A stretch of 62,832 nucleotides of DNA, the filler included, from Hausera hauseri (lineage: Eukaryota), in assembly GCA_046269625.1 (NCBI GenBank). It is 10 parts of 10 records of this genome, joined end to end, with 100 filler letters (N's around TTAATTAATTAA, not from the genome) between each part and the next. Parts side by side here need not be neighbours in the genome. Positions count along the whole stretch, not along the records: positions 18,011 to 26,481 come from JBJURY010630996.1; positions 26,582 to 37,549 come from JBJURY010137760.1; 8 more parts are not named here. One strand, 5' to 3'. Shown in pieces: positions 24,001 to 36,177 of this stretch; the first letter of the stretch is position 1; each line of letters opens with the position of its first letter. The notes beneath the pieces are model-generated. The model was not told where the DNA came from and searched no databases. It was given only the letters and a program-made list of their open reading frames with translations. Position numbers and translations under genes: made by a program.

Positions 24001-26195
24001 TTCCAACTCAACTGATTGCGGTGTGTCCGAATATGCAGGTATCCGGAACTGGGTCAGGCCAAATACTTTTTCCCACTCAACTCATTGCGGTGATTGCGAA
24101 TATGCAGGTTTCCGGAACTGGGTCAGGCCAAATTCTTTTACCGACTCAACTAATTGCCGTGTGTCCGAATATGCAGATGTCCGGAAATGGCTCAGGCCAA
24201 TTTTCCTTTCGGCACTCAGCTCATAGCGGTGAGACCGAATATGCCGGTGTCCGGAAGTTGCTCAGGCCAAATTCTTATTCCGACTCAACTCAATGCGGTG
24301 AGTCCGAATATGCCGGTGTCCGGACAGGGTCAGGCCAAATTCTTTTTCCGACTCAACTCATTGCGGTGAGTCCGAATATGCAGGTGTCCAAAACTGGTTC
24401 AATCCAAATATTTTTCAACTCATCTCATTGCAGTGTGTCCTAATATGCAGATGTCGGGAATTGTATTAGTCCACAATTTTTTACGACTCAACTCCTTGCG
24501 TTGTGTCCGAATATGCCGGTGTCCGGACAGGGTCAGGCCAAATTCTTTTTCCGACTCAACTCATTGCGGTGATTCTGAATATGCAGGTGTTCGGAACTGG
24601 GTCAGTCCAGAATTTTTACGACTCAACTCATTGCGGTGTGTTCGAATATGCAGCTGACCTGAACTGTCTCAAGCCAAATTCTTTTCCGACTCAATTCATT
24701 TCGGGGATCTGAATATGCAGGTGTCTGGAAATGGGGCAGGCCAAATGTTTTTTCTGACTCAACTCATTGCCGCGTGTCCGAATATGCAGATGTCCGGAAA
24801 TGGCTCAGGCCAATTTTTTTTTCGTCACTCAGCTCATAGCGATGAGACCGAATATGCCGGTGTCCGGAAGTTGCTCAGAACAAATTCTTATTCCGACTAA
24901 ATTCATTGCGGTGTGTCCGAATATGCAGGTGTCCGGAAGTGGGTCAGGCCAAATTCTTTTTCCCACTCATCTCATTGCGGTAAGTGCGAATATGCAGGTG
25001 TCCGAAACTGGGTCAGGCCAAATTCTTTTTCCGACTCAACTCATTGCGGTGAGTCCGAATATGCAGGTGTCCAAAACTGGTTCAGTCATATTTTTTTCCG
25101 ACTCAACTCATTTTGGTGTGTCCGAATATGCAGGTGTCCGGAAGTGGGTCAGGCCAAATTCTTTTTCCGACTCAATTACTTGCGGTGTGTCCGAATATGC
25201 CGGTGTCCCGACTGGGTCAGGCCAAATTCTTTTTCCGACTTAACTCATTGCGGTGAGTGCGAATATGCTGTTGTCCTAAACTGGGTCAATCCAAATTTTT
25301 TCATACTCAACTCATTGCGGTGTGTCCGAATATGCAGGTATCCGGAACTGTGTCATACCAAATTTTTTTCGGCACAGCTTATGGCGGTGTGTCCGAATAA
25401 GCAGATGTCCGGAATTGTGTTAATCCACAATTTCTTACGACTCAAGTCTTTGCTGTCTCGCGGAATATGCCGGTGTCCGGACTGGGTCAGGCCAAATTCA
25501 TTTTGCGAATTAACGCATTGCGGTGTGTCCGAATATGCCGGTGTCTTTAAGTGGGTCAGGTCAAATTTTTTTCCCCACTCAACTCATTGCGGTGTGTCCG
25601 AATATGCAGGTCTCAGGATGTGGGTCAAACCAAATTTTGTTTTCCCACTCATCTCATTGCCGTGAGTGCGAATATGCTTATGTCCAGAACTATGTCAGAC
25701 CAAATTTTTTTTCCGACTCAACTTATTTAGGTGTGTCCGAATATGCAAATCTCGAAAAGTGGGTCAAGCCAAATTTTTTTCCTCACTCAGCTCATTGCGT
25801 TGAGTGCGAATATGCAGGTGTCCGGAACTGGGTCAATCCAGATTTTTTTCCCGACTCAACTCATTGCGTTGTGTTCGAATATGCACGTAACCGAAAGTGG
25901 TTCCGGCCAATATTTTTTTCCGACTTAACTGATTGCGGTGTGTCCGAATATGAAATTATCCGGAACTTGGCCAGTCCAAATTTTTTCAGACTCAACTCAT
26001 TGCGGTTTTTGCGAATATGTAGATGTCCTGACCTGATTCAGTCCACAATTTTTTACGACTTAACTCATTGCGTGTGTCCGAATATGCCGTTGTCCGGACT
26101 GGGTCACACCAAATTTCTTTTCCGACTCAACTGATTGCGCTGTGTGCGGATATGTAGATATCCGTAATTTGGTCAGTCAAAAATTTTTTTGCGTA
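18011..26195. repeat. ~68-69-bp satellite, about 120 copies
   Basis: Consensus CCGACTCAACTCATTGCGGTGTGTCCGAATATGCAGGTGTCCGGAACTGGGTCAGGCCAAATT(T)n, head-to-tail with no unique spacers. Confidence 0.97.
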
Positions 26196-27206
26196 TTATC
26201 ACATAATTTATTACTACTACTATTTGTATTATACTTAATTCACATTTTACTCCACCGTACTCATTCATTACGGAAAACTACTCTTGGGTGTCAAATTTCA
26301 TAGACTTTTGGCGAGGCGTTTTTTCGGCTCGTTTGTTCCTTCGGTTGCCATTTTCTCCCGGGTCCTTTCATCTGAACGTGAGGCGGCTACATAAAATACT
26401 CAAATACTGATGGGCTATGTGCTCAACCCATTTCCATCACCGTTTGACTTGTGTAAGGGGAAATTTTCCCCGTTTGAAAGTNNNNNNNNNNNNNNNNNNN
26501 NNNNNNNNNNNNNNNNNNNNNNNNNTTAATTAATTAANNNNNNNNNNNNNNNNNNNNNNNNNNNNNNNNNNNNNNNNNNNNTATAAATCCGATCCAACAG
26601 TTCGCATAAAGATTGAAAATATTTTATTTTCTTGATCAACAAAATTTCCAACAACGATAATCAAAAGATAAAAACACGATAATCGATTTTTATCAAAGTT
26701 TTCAAAGGTTTTTGAATTTTCAAATTGAATTGCGCCGACGTTGTTACATGATGATATTAAAACAAAGTCAGCTATTGTTTCGGCAGAATTTAGCAATAGC
26801 TCCAAAACCGCCTATGACTTTCAAAACGCTAACAAACACAAAATATGAGACTAACATGCAAACATGACTATTTACTAATTTCTTTTATCCGTCGTACATG
26901 AACGAAATATCAGACGCACAAACACTATATTTCACGAATAAATGATTTCGAAACGAGTATCTTGGTACTTTGTTTGTAAAATACGCTATATTGTAATAAG
27001 CGTTTCAAATACATAATTCGAACCGAATTAAAACCACTACTAATGTGGAAAAGAAAAGAATAAAATTTAACTTTTGAAAATTTATTTAAAATGATCAAAA
27101 TCTACTACGATCATATTCAAAAGATTCATTTGTTAAAAAACATTGATATTAACGAATTTCGGAATAAAACCATAAGATTTGGAAATTGTGTAAGGTTATC
27201 TCGTAA

Positions 27207-27362
27207 TGTTGTTTCCGACCGTCAAAAGTAATTAATTAAGTTCGGCCAACGTTAGGTGAATTACTTCAGTTTAATTTATCCAGAGATCAAATTTTGGTGA
27301 AGTCAATGTTAAGAATTAGCCTTAGAAAGGATCAAGATGCAAAATAAACGGTGGGCACCACA
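27207..27362 (-). repeat. Putative 3' LTR (~156 bp) preceded by a polypurine tract
   Basis: Minus: GAGGTGGTGA|TGTGGTGCCC...AAACAACA, just downstream of the integrase; distal boundary uncertain. Confidence 0.6.
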
Positions 27363-27455
27363 TCACCACCTCGTGGCTAAGTTGATAACGATAAGGATGG
27401 AATAAATGAAAATCACGAAGTAGACAGTGATTTTGCTATTCAGTTTTGGTATGAA

Positions 27456-28556
27456 TCAGACGTTGTATAACCTCGATGTTTCTCTACTTACTGTACTTGC
27501 TGAAAGTGACAGTTTTGTGATATGTCTTTGCTTTTGTCTCTGTTTGTTGAGATGCTTTGGGAGGAAAGATGTTACAATCTGTCGAGTTAAGTGAAGTGTC
27601 TTGCTGAAGCAAACTAGGAGAGGTAAAAGTAGTGACCGACGGTGGATGTTAGGAATTGTCGAAGGGATTTCCCAAAGATAAAGGGTTAGAGGGAAGAATA
27701 GTAACGGGTGAAAAAGCGGGAGGAAAAATGGAGTAGTGGTATGGATAGGAATAGTAGGTGAAGTGGATGTGTGAACAGAAACAGGAACAGGAGAAAATGG
27801 AGGAGTGAGAAAATTTGTCGAAGCTTCAGTTGTAGAGGTGTCGTCTACAAAAAATGCAGGTTTCACATTATTTATATGGACTGCTAGTTCCTTTCCGTCT
27901 TTGAGAATTACAGCGTTGTGAGAATGTAGTTGAATTAGCTTGTAAGGCCATAGATACTGCGGTTCAAAACCAAACGGTGTTTGATTCCGTAGCCAAACAA
28001 ACTTTGCGGAATACAAATTGTCGGGTAAATACATTTTATTGTTGTGTAGTATTCTACAGAACGAGTCTTTACTGACCGCGACGAAATTGTCCTGCACTGC
28101 CCTAATCGTTTCGTCTGTAGGTGTATTATCTAGGGCGGTTAATTCAAACAATGAACGAACAGGTGCTCCAAATAAAACTTCGGTAGGTGAGCATCCTGTG
28201 GAAGTGGATGGCGTGTTCATCCAACCAAGCAGAACCAAAGGAAGAAGAGCAGTCCAACTACTGTTGAATTTGGCGAGAATTTTTAGCGACGTTTTCAGGG
28301 TCCTGTGGAATCTCTCAATAAGACCAATCGATTGGGGATGATAAGGCGTAGTGTGTATATGACGGATTCCCAATCTATTTACGAGTGATTTGAATAGGTT
28401 GGACTCAAATTGGGGGCCTTGGTCCAAAATGATAAGTCCAGGAGACCCAAACCTGCTGATCCAAGTGCGGATGAAGACATCGGCTATTGTATCTGTGTTA
28501 GTGTTCCGTAGAGGGACAGCTTCTGGCCAACGTGAAGCGCGATCCATCATGGTCAA
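27456..28556 (-). CDS. Ty3/gypsy integrase catalytic core with GPY/F-like region and S/T/P-rich tail (fragment of pol)
   Basis: DRASRWPEAVPL, IILDQGPQFES, TTPYHPQSIGLIERFHRTLK; HIDIVGPLP lies immediately upstream. Confidence 0.9.
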   Translation of the reverse strand: MTMMDRASRWPEAVPLRNTNTDTIADVFIRTWISRFGSPGLIILDQGPQFESNLFKSLVNRLGIRHIHTTPYHPQSIGLIERFHRTLKTSLKILAKFNSSWTALLPLVLLGWMNTPSTSTGCSPTEVLFGAPVRSLFELTALDNTPTDETIRAVQDNFVAVSKDSFCRILHNNKMYLPDNLYSAKFVWLRNQTPFGFEPQYLWPYKLIQLHSHNAVILKDGKELAVHINNVKPAFFVDDTSTTEASTNFLTPPFSPVPVSVHTSTSPTIPIHTTTPFFLPLFHPLLFFPLTLYLWEIPSTIPNIHRRSLLLPLLVCFSKTLHLTRQIVTSFLPKHLNKQRQKQRHITKLSLSASTVSRETSRLYNV

Positions 28557-31500
28557 AATGAATTGATGACCGTTTTCAAGAGGAAGAGGGCCGACGATAT
28601 CTATATGTACGGTCTCGAAACGTTATGTGCAAGAGAAGTGATATAGTCGTGGGTTTAGATGTTTTGTGATTTTAAATTTTCGGCAAGCCACGCACTCCTC
28701 AACCCACGCTTGCACATCGAAACGCATAGTAGGCCATTTTACTTGCCGGTGGAGCAAAAGAAAAGTCGCCTTAGCCTCAGGATGATGCAGCGAATGTACA
28801 CTACTAAACGCTTGCCGTTGTAAATGTGGTGCGAGAATTATTACGGTATGACCTTGTTTGGAAGTGTCAAAAGCTACACCGTCAATGATGTTGTAAGATC
28901 AGAAAGATTTAAGCATGTCTGAAGGTGGTTGATTTTTTTGCAGCTGATCTTGTGTGAATATAGGTTTAAAATTGATGGAGCTAACAGATCTTGAAAGGAA
29001 ATCGGCGACTAAGTTGTTTACACCGTTAATGTGTTTGATCTCGAAATTAAACGTCGACAAGTAAGAGATCTGACGTTCCTGCCTAGATGATGGATGTTTT
29101 ATCGTCATGATGTTAATTAAAGTTTTGTGATCGGTCTGTATGGTGAAACGTCCAGCAAAGAGTAAATATGAAAAATGTTTTAAAGCGAGAACTATCGCCA
29201 GTAGTTCTTTGTCGAAAATAGAGTATCTAGTTTCGGGAGGTGTTAACTTGCGTGAAAAAAATTCCAAAGGCTGGTTCTCACCCTTAGATTTGATGAAGTA
29301 CGGCGCCCACAGCGGTGGTGGGGGCGTCTGTAGTGAGGATCAGCTGTGCATCGTGCTTGGGAAAAGATAATATTTCCACAGTTTTTAAACTTTCTCTTAG
29401 CTTTTCGAATCTGTTTACAAGTTCAGGAGTCCATTGTATTGGTTGATGTTTTTTCCACCACTAAGGTGAGCAAATGGTGCGATAAGTTTAGAGCAGTACG
29501 GCACATACTTGTGAACGAAGTGCAGAGTGCCCAAAAAACTCCTCATTTCTGTTGTTGTACGAGGCAGCTGCACGTTTTTTAAGGCTTCAACTCGGTCGAG
29601 CTGAGGCAAGTGACCTTCGGCAGAAATAACGTGGCCAAGAAAATGTATACGTTTCTGGAAAAGTGGCATTTGACGAAATTAATCTGCAGGTTATGCTGGT
29701 GTAAGCGTTGAAAGATTGATCTGAGGTGTTCTTCGTGTTGTTTGGTTGAGGAAGAAACAATTAATATGTCATCGATATAGGATGAGCATATGCAAAATCG
29801 GAAAGGATAGTATCGATGTGGCGTTGAAAAGTCTGCGCAGCATTCCGTAAGCCAAAAGGCATGCACAGATATTCGTATAGGCCAAAAGGAGTAGTGACGG
29901 CTGTTTTTTCGATATCCCCAGGTGCCACAGGAATTTGATAGTAGGCTTTGGATAAATCGATGGTAGAATAAATAGTAGTTGAATGAAGACGATATAAGAT
30001 ATCCTTAATGAGTGGCAACGTGTATGCATCCATTATTGTCAGTGTTCAACTGACGATAATCACCACATTGTCGAAAAGTTCCGTCCTTCTTTTGTACGAC
30101 ATGTAGTGGTGACGACTATGAGGATTTGGAGCGACGTACAATTCTGAAACGTTCTAGTTCTAGAAATTCGGTTTCAACTGCCTGTCTACGACGAGGAGAT
30201 AATGGACGCACTTTTTGGCGGATAGGTCTTTGATGTTGTGTCACAATGTGGTGAAAAATTGTATTTGCTGGTGTAAAAGACCTATCTTTTTGAATAATTC
30301 TAGAACAAGATACGTGGATGAATTGCTTCAGACTTGCAGGTAATTGTGAAAAGTTTGGTAGGGTCGAGGAAGTCTTACTGATAACTTTAACTGTATCAGT
30401 AACAGTGGCAATTCGGACGTTGTTTGGCGGTCGAGAATGAAGTGGTATTCGATGCAGGATGGTAGTATTGAAGATGGTATTGTAGTTCGTAGTTTTATCG
30501 AAGGATTTGGCAGTGGTAGCAGAATCACTCGTCGTTGTGCAAACCCCAATCGCCGATAACATTGTTATTTAGTGATTTGTAAAACAAGGTGCCATGGTTG
30601 TAAGAAAAAGATTTGTTTAACGATTTTTTTTAATATCGGCTTTTGAGCTGCATTCACCCGTACGACAGCCGAAATTGTATTGTCGTGATGGAATCACTCC
30701 TTATTGAAACCACTTGTTAGGCAGCGTTGTTTGCAATCGACAAAAAGGTTATAGTTCGAAAGAAAATCGGATCATAAAATGGCTGTTTGGACATTTGCGA
30801 CGGTAAATGTCCATTGGAACGTTTGAGTAAATTTCGGAAGGATAAAAGAAAGCCTACATGTACCGGAAACATGTAGTGGTTGTCTGGAAGCTGTAAATAA
30901 AGGTTTAATTTTGGATGAAGTGTGTTGAGTTGGAAAGGTGAGCGGTAATAAAGAAATCACTGCGCCTGAATCGATAAGAAAATGTATGTGTTGAGGTGTC
31001 GGTGCGATGGTAGAAGCTTTTAATGTGAACACAGCGAAAGAAATTTTTCGACTGTTAGGAAGTGAAGAGTGGCCTTCGTCAGTGCTTGCCGAAAACTCTG
31101 GCGGCGAAGTTAGTTTTTTGAAAACGGAGAACCTGAGCGACTGTTAGAAACGAAAATTGTGCGTTCGCCATTTGCATGGTGGGATTTGTTTTTAAACATG
31201 CAACCTGGAATGTATTTGCGTGCATTATGTCTGATTTTTGCATGATATATGAAAATGACGTTGTCCGTATGGTATCTTTGATTATAAAATTTGCACCCTA
31301 GGTGGCATTTTTGTGCGTTACTGTCAAACTTACCGTGGTAATAGCAAATCAGTGATCGTCCAGGTGAAGGTGAAGGACCAAGAGATACTGAACGGTTACA
31401 GTCACGTATGAAACCCTCACGTCGAGTCAATGAAATCTCGTTCAGTTTATTATTGATGGTGTTGATTGTGTGTTGTAGTGCCGCATTTTCGGCACGTAAT

Positions 31501-33459
31501 TGATTCAATTGCTGCTCAATAGAAGTATGTTGTTGATTGTCATAGGTCCTAATAGCGGCTGATATGATGGGTTGTGACTGGATTTGTAAGACTTCGTGTG
31601 CTTTATCTGCCAATTCAGCCAGTTTATCTAAGGCTGTAGAATATTCAACAACTATGAGTAAAGTTGTAATCTGAATGGGTAAGGCATTAAGGAAATATCG
31701 TCGAAGTAGATCCGGATTGTATTCCTTGGTGACGCCTAAAGTACGAAATTGGGCCAACGAGGTGCGTAGGAAATCCCTAGGTTTTTGTGTCCCCATTGCG
31801 TTTTCGTTAAAGAAGCGCTGTATTATTGAATCAATTGATGGTTTTGTCTGTTTTAACACAACTGAACAATTGGGTATAAGGGTCAGAGTGCTGAAAGATA
31901 TCCAGTAAGTTGTGGATTGAGGTCTTTATGGAATTTGGTAGAAGATAAAGTAGATTATGGGCTTTGGATAACGAGTCTGTGATACCGTTGAAAAGTAACC
32001 AGAATTGATGGAAGTGGAGCCGGGTTTTGCTAGTCTTCTCATTGTCTATAAAGTATTCAGTGCAATGTGGTGTAGTGCGGATAGGATTTTTGTGAGAAAA
32101 ATTTGCATCGGTTGAAGTAGGTGGATGGCTTAATTTGGGATAGTAGATAATGGATTTCGGTTTTGTGGTCACCTTATAGTTGACGTCACTGGTTGATGGT
32201 GAAATCATACTGCCGCGGATTCTAGTGTTGATATGTATACACAGAAAGTTATGAGAGACCATGATGTGTGGGAGGTCGGTTAAAATGCAACCGTTGTCGG
32301 TCAGATAGAAATCGCTGAAGACGGAGGTATTACGAATGATAACGTATAGTTGTGATGTCTCGATACGTTGTCTGACATGTACTGTTTGTATTAAATTATT
32401 ATTAACATAAAGGTAGAGGGGGAATGATGGTAATGTACTCTAAACCATGTAGTGTGATATATCATTCGGTGTTAAGAGAGTTGCTTTGAACGTTTCTTTT
32501 GAATATATCCGATCTGCGGACTCACTATGGTTTATGGATCTGTAACCGATGCATATTAAAAAATAACGACAATAACTAGGAGACGGATTCTCTCTATAGT
32601 CAGAAGCACTAGTCGGATACTCGCTGTCATCAGAAAAAGAAATGAGGATGACTTTGCTATAATGTGCCTTAATTCCACCTCGTCTTATTGCAGATATATT
32701 AATCTCTGTAGATTCATCAGTGTCGGATTTTATAGGTTTGGCGACGTATTCAGCGATTGCTATCTTGTTTTTGCATTGTAATATGCAACATAGTATACGC
32801 GTCTGTAGTAATGAACGATAAGATAGCAGACTTTTATGAGGTGAATGGACAGGAAAGGTGACATGAAAAGAAAACTTTAAGTAAATGAATCATAAGTAAC
32901 GACCGCAACATTGGGCTGTGGGAAAGGAGTGGTGGTGTTGTGCCAACAGCGAACAATCTAAGAATAAAATCATACGAAAAAAACGGAAAAGGGAATGATT
33001 AACAAGAAAAATAAAAAAATGATTGCTCGACGAATAGAGCATAGTAACAAATCCCACCCCATCGTGTACTGGTCTCTCCATGATTGGCAGTCTCGTTTTC
33101 CGCTGAGGGCACAGCAAGTCGGCTTCTTTACGTCGTGTCGATCTACGGGCGGTCTGTGTGTACCACCACTCTTATTGAACCAACAAGTTCGTTATATATT
33201 GTCTGTTTATCATCGTATCTTGTATGCTTGCCGTAGTTTTACAATCATTCTGCTTGTTCCACTCTGCGGTCTAGTAAGGATAATATCGTCAGTCGACGCA
33301 GCTGTTGTTGTTCATGTTTTATCGGTTGTTTCATTAGACTGTTGTTCGTATTGACTTCATGACTCGATGACAATTCGACATTTCGTACGACTGTTACGAC
33401 GTTGGGCAATTCGGATTTTGGACAATGAGTAACGACATACGAACACAGTTGTGATGTTA

Positions 33460-34335
33460 CAAATGGGATAATCTGGACATTTCAATATGGCATAACATTC
33501 TCTCCAACACGGGCGATAATCGCGGCAAATCAACGAACTGAACGCAATATCGAAAACTTCCCTATCATTTTTGCCCAAGGCCTGTCGAGCAACGAGTCTC
33601 AATGCTTCTGCCTCGTTGTAGCGATTATTCTGCGACTCGTCGGCACAAATATCGACCGGTTTCTACGATTACGTCGACTTGCCGATAGAGCGATTTGTTC
33701 GCCTGTAGACAATTGGCCAACAACTGAAATTTATGCGGCCATATTCCCCACTCGACAGGGACAATCGAACATTTATATTTGTTAAGAAATTCGCAACATT
33801 TCATCAGACGGATCTCGCCATCGATATCTGATGAGATGTCCTCCAATAAACTAATACTGAATTTCGCCAATTGGAAATTGCTATCGCGACTTGATACGCT
33901 CAAATTTACGTAATTACGAACTACCGCACAGATGTACCGTGATAATTCATAGAAATTGAGCAGTGTGCTGACATGGGAGTTTGTTGTGTGACAGGTCCAT
34001 AAATTCTGCTGCCAATATAATTTTCTGTCGATCAGCTGACTCGATGAGCGACTGCAACACATTAACGTACAGCAATTTCGGATGAATGCCGTTCAGTACA
34101 GTCGATACACAATTCCAGATCGGTGAGCATCGTCTTGATGAGATTGTGATTGACAACTGCGAATGTCTGAACGCATTGCAGTACGACGTTCGTAAGCAAA
34201 TGCTCGACAACATCACAATTCATCCGTTTGTCATGAATGAACCTCAAACTCTTTTTCGATCGATATTTGTCCAACACCGTCAACACTGTTACATACTTGT
34301 TCAATGTCGTTCCTATAACCTGTAGATTATTGTGT
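33460..34335 (-). pseudogene. NBAS (Sec39-domain) gene fragment, intronless and frameshifted
   Basis: LQSLIESADRQKIILAAEFM; VVRNYVNLSVSSRDSNFQLAKFSISLL..IDGEIRLMKCCEFLNKYKCSIVPV..LANCLQANKSLYRQ; VARQAL..D..L...Y..CW..C follow recalled NBAS motifs (REYFNSS..DSCMDLARCCLQLI..EELDLI..LEEFGVKILPL). Confidence 0.7.
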
Positions 34336-34339
34336 CCGC

Positions 34340-34786
34340 TCAGTGGAAGTCCACAGACCTTCAAATTTTCATCCTCGTTGTTTATATAAACAAATTTTAA
34401 TATTTCCAGCCAAAGAAAATTTCCTTCATCATCAAATTGCCGTTTTGCTATTTCTGATGTTATGTCGATTAATTTCTTTCTAGTAAGAGCTGATTTATCT
34501 GTGAGAATCAACTGTAAAAGTTGAGTTTTGATTGCATTTTGTGATTCAAACGGTAAATTTTGAAAAGCTTCTTCATAATTAACGTCTAACAGCCTTCTAC
34601 ATGAAACCCCGGTAAATACCCTGTTCTTTTGACTTTGCGGATCATTGCTTTCTGATATGACAGTTAATAAATAACTAAACTTAAGTTGACATTGAGTTGT
34701 TTCGTATATTTGCTCGGTATTTGACCGAATATCATTTTCACGACTTTGCAAACTTTCCAAGACTTAAAATTTTGTAAATCTGCCAT
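34340..34786 (-). pseudogene. Importin-5 (karyopherin beta-3/Kap121) N-terminal HEAT repeats, fragment
   Basis: LQSRENDIRSNTEQIYE, RRLL..YEEAFQNLP.E.QNAIKTQLL, RKKLIDITSEIAK.QFDDEGNFLW.EILKF match the IPO5 N-terminus; frameshift near the start. Confidence 0.85.
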
Positions 34787-35081
34787 TGTGTAGGATGTTT
34801 CAAAGCGAATTAAAATTTTAAATATTATGAAAATAAACGTGTATGGAGTATTCATAAAAAAACTGTTCGCTTTGAGTTGGTTTAATAAAGCCTGTTAACC
34901 AGTGAGTGTTGTAACCGGTGGGTGTTGTAACATTAAAGCAGCTGCTGTCACAGGTGTTTGACATCTGACTAAATTCCTCTTTTCTGAACGAGGTTGATGC
35001 GTTAATATTATTGTACTTTTCGGGCATATTTAAAATCAAAAGAATTTGGCCGAATCTGATCATTGTGGTTTGATTGGTATA

Positions 35082-35726
35082 TTATTTTGTAAAATTACCG
35101 TTGGATGTTAGTGATATTTCGTCATATTTCTGAACGTTGTTTTCAGACACCTGGTTGAAGTTTGTATGTACTGGTGTAGCAACTCGTAACAAATCGTCGT
35201 AATATTGAATAAGAATGACTGAGGCAGTATTTTGGAGAGAGACCTCGGTCATATCTTTGTTTGCAATGAAAAACGTCGGTCCAAATATGAGGCCCAAATT
35301 ATCCGATGTGATTAAATTTGATCCCGAACGTTGTGCAACAAGATTCAATAAACTATAAGTGTATTTCAACACATTGTACTGAGGCACTAGTAAAGTCACT
35401 AATCGCTTTATAATTTGATTTAGATTCCCCGTCTTTCTGTAGATGACTATTGCCCGCAATATATCATCAATAGCAATGAATGGAATAATTCCACCGTGAA
35501 TTTCGTAAAGAAACGATTTATACAAACTGGTGTCATTGTTTATATCATTAATTTCCATTTCAATCGTTCGTTTTGCCGAATAGCTTGCTTTGATTTCATC
35601 CATCTTGTTTTGATTTCTCGATATTCGAAACGAACACTGATAAGGTAATCCATACGATATTTTTAAATATCCAAATATCAAAGTGAGATGGGGAACTTCT
35701 TTGTTATAAGAACATTCGAGAAGCAT
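35082..35726 (-). CDS. RhoGAP-domain protein (fragment or retrocopy)
   Basis: FRIS (arginine finger), SLYKSFLYEI..GIIP, YNVLKY..LL.LV..S..NL.TSDNLGLIFGPT. Confidence 0.8.
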   Translation of the reverse strand: MLLECSYNKEVPHLTLIFGYLKISYGLPYQCSFRISRNQNKMDEIKASYSAKRTIEMEINDINNDTSLYKSFLYEIHGGIIPFIAIDDILRAIVIYRKTGNLNQIIKRLVTLLVPQYNVLKYTYSLLNLVAQRSGSNLITSDNLGLIFGPTFFIANKDMTEVSLQNTASVILIQYYDDLLRVATPVHTNFNQVSENNVQKYDEISLTSNGNFTK

Positions 35727-36177
35727 ATTTAAATCCTTTCCAAAGACATGAAACTCACAATTATATGTCTTGTTTATTTTTAACAGATTTCTGATTATTG
35801 TGCAAAATCGGATGTTTCGTATTTTCTGGTATACTGTGACACCAATGTGGGTCTGGTGAAAATTCTGTAAATGTAGTTAACCCTGCATTAAAAACAAAAT
35901 CTTGTAGCGGCAACTAGTTATAAACTTTTTTAATTTCCATAACAAAATCATTCAATTATTCTATAACTTTATCATTGTTGTCAATATTGTCATAAATTAA
36001 TATGAATTGTCATCTGCAGTTCCAAGTATAACCAGACATTTCTATTCTTTCTTGTTGAGGAAAACGATAACCAATAGCGAGATATAAGTCCGAGGTTATA
36101 GGCCGAAATAATCGATGAATATTTTCACTTTGGCAGAACATTGTGTAAAATCTTAACAGCGATATATAAATTCGAAT

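Larger units (their letters stand above)
27207..32260 (-). mobile_element. Near full-length degenerate CsRn1-like Ty3/gypsy element (family A, copy 2): gag-PR-RT-RH-IN-PPT-3'LTR
   Basis: gag 31110-32200 with two CHCC-like motifs; PR FLIDSGAVISLL (30772-31032); RT with YIDD (29415-30120); RH (28899-29340); IN HHCC + DDE (27456-28800); many frameshifts. Confidence 0.95.

Noticed and set aside
18011-26195. Possible CRISPR array or repeat-protein gene
   Set aside because: The whole unit repeats with no unique spacers, there are no cas genes, and T-tract length changes shift frames constantly.
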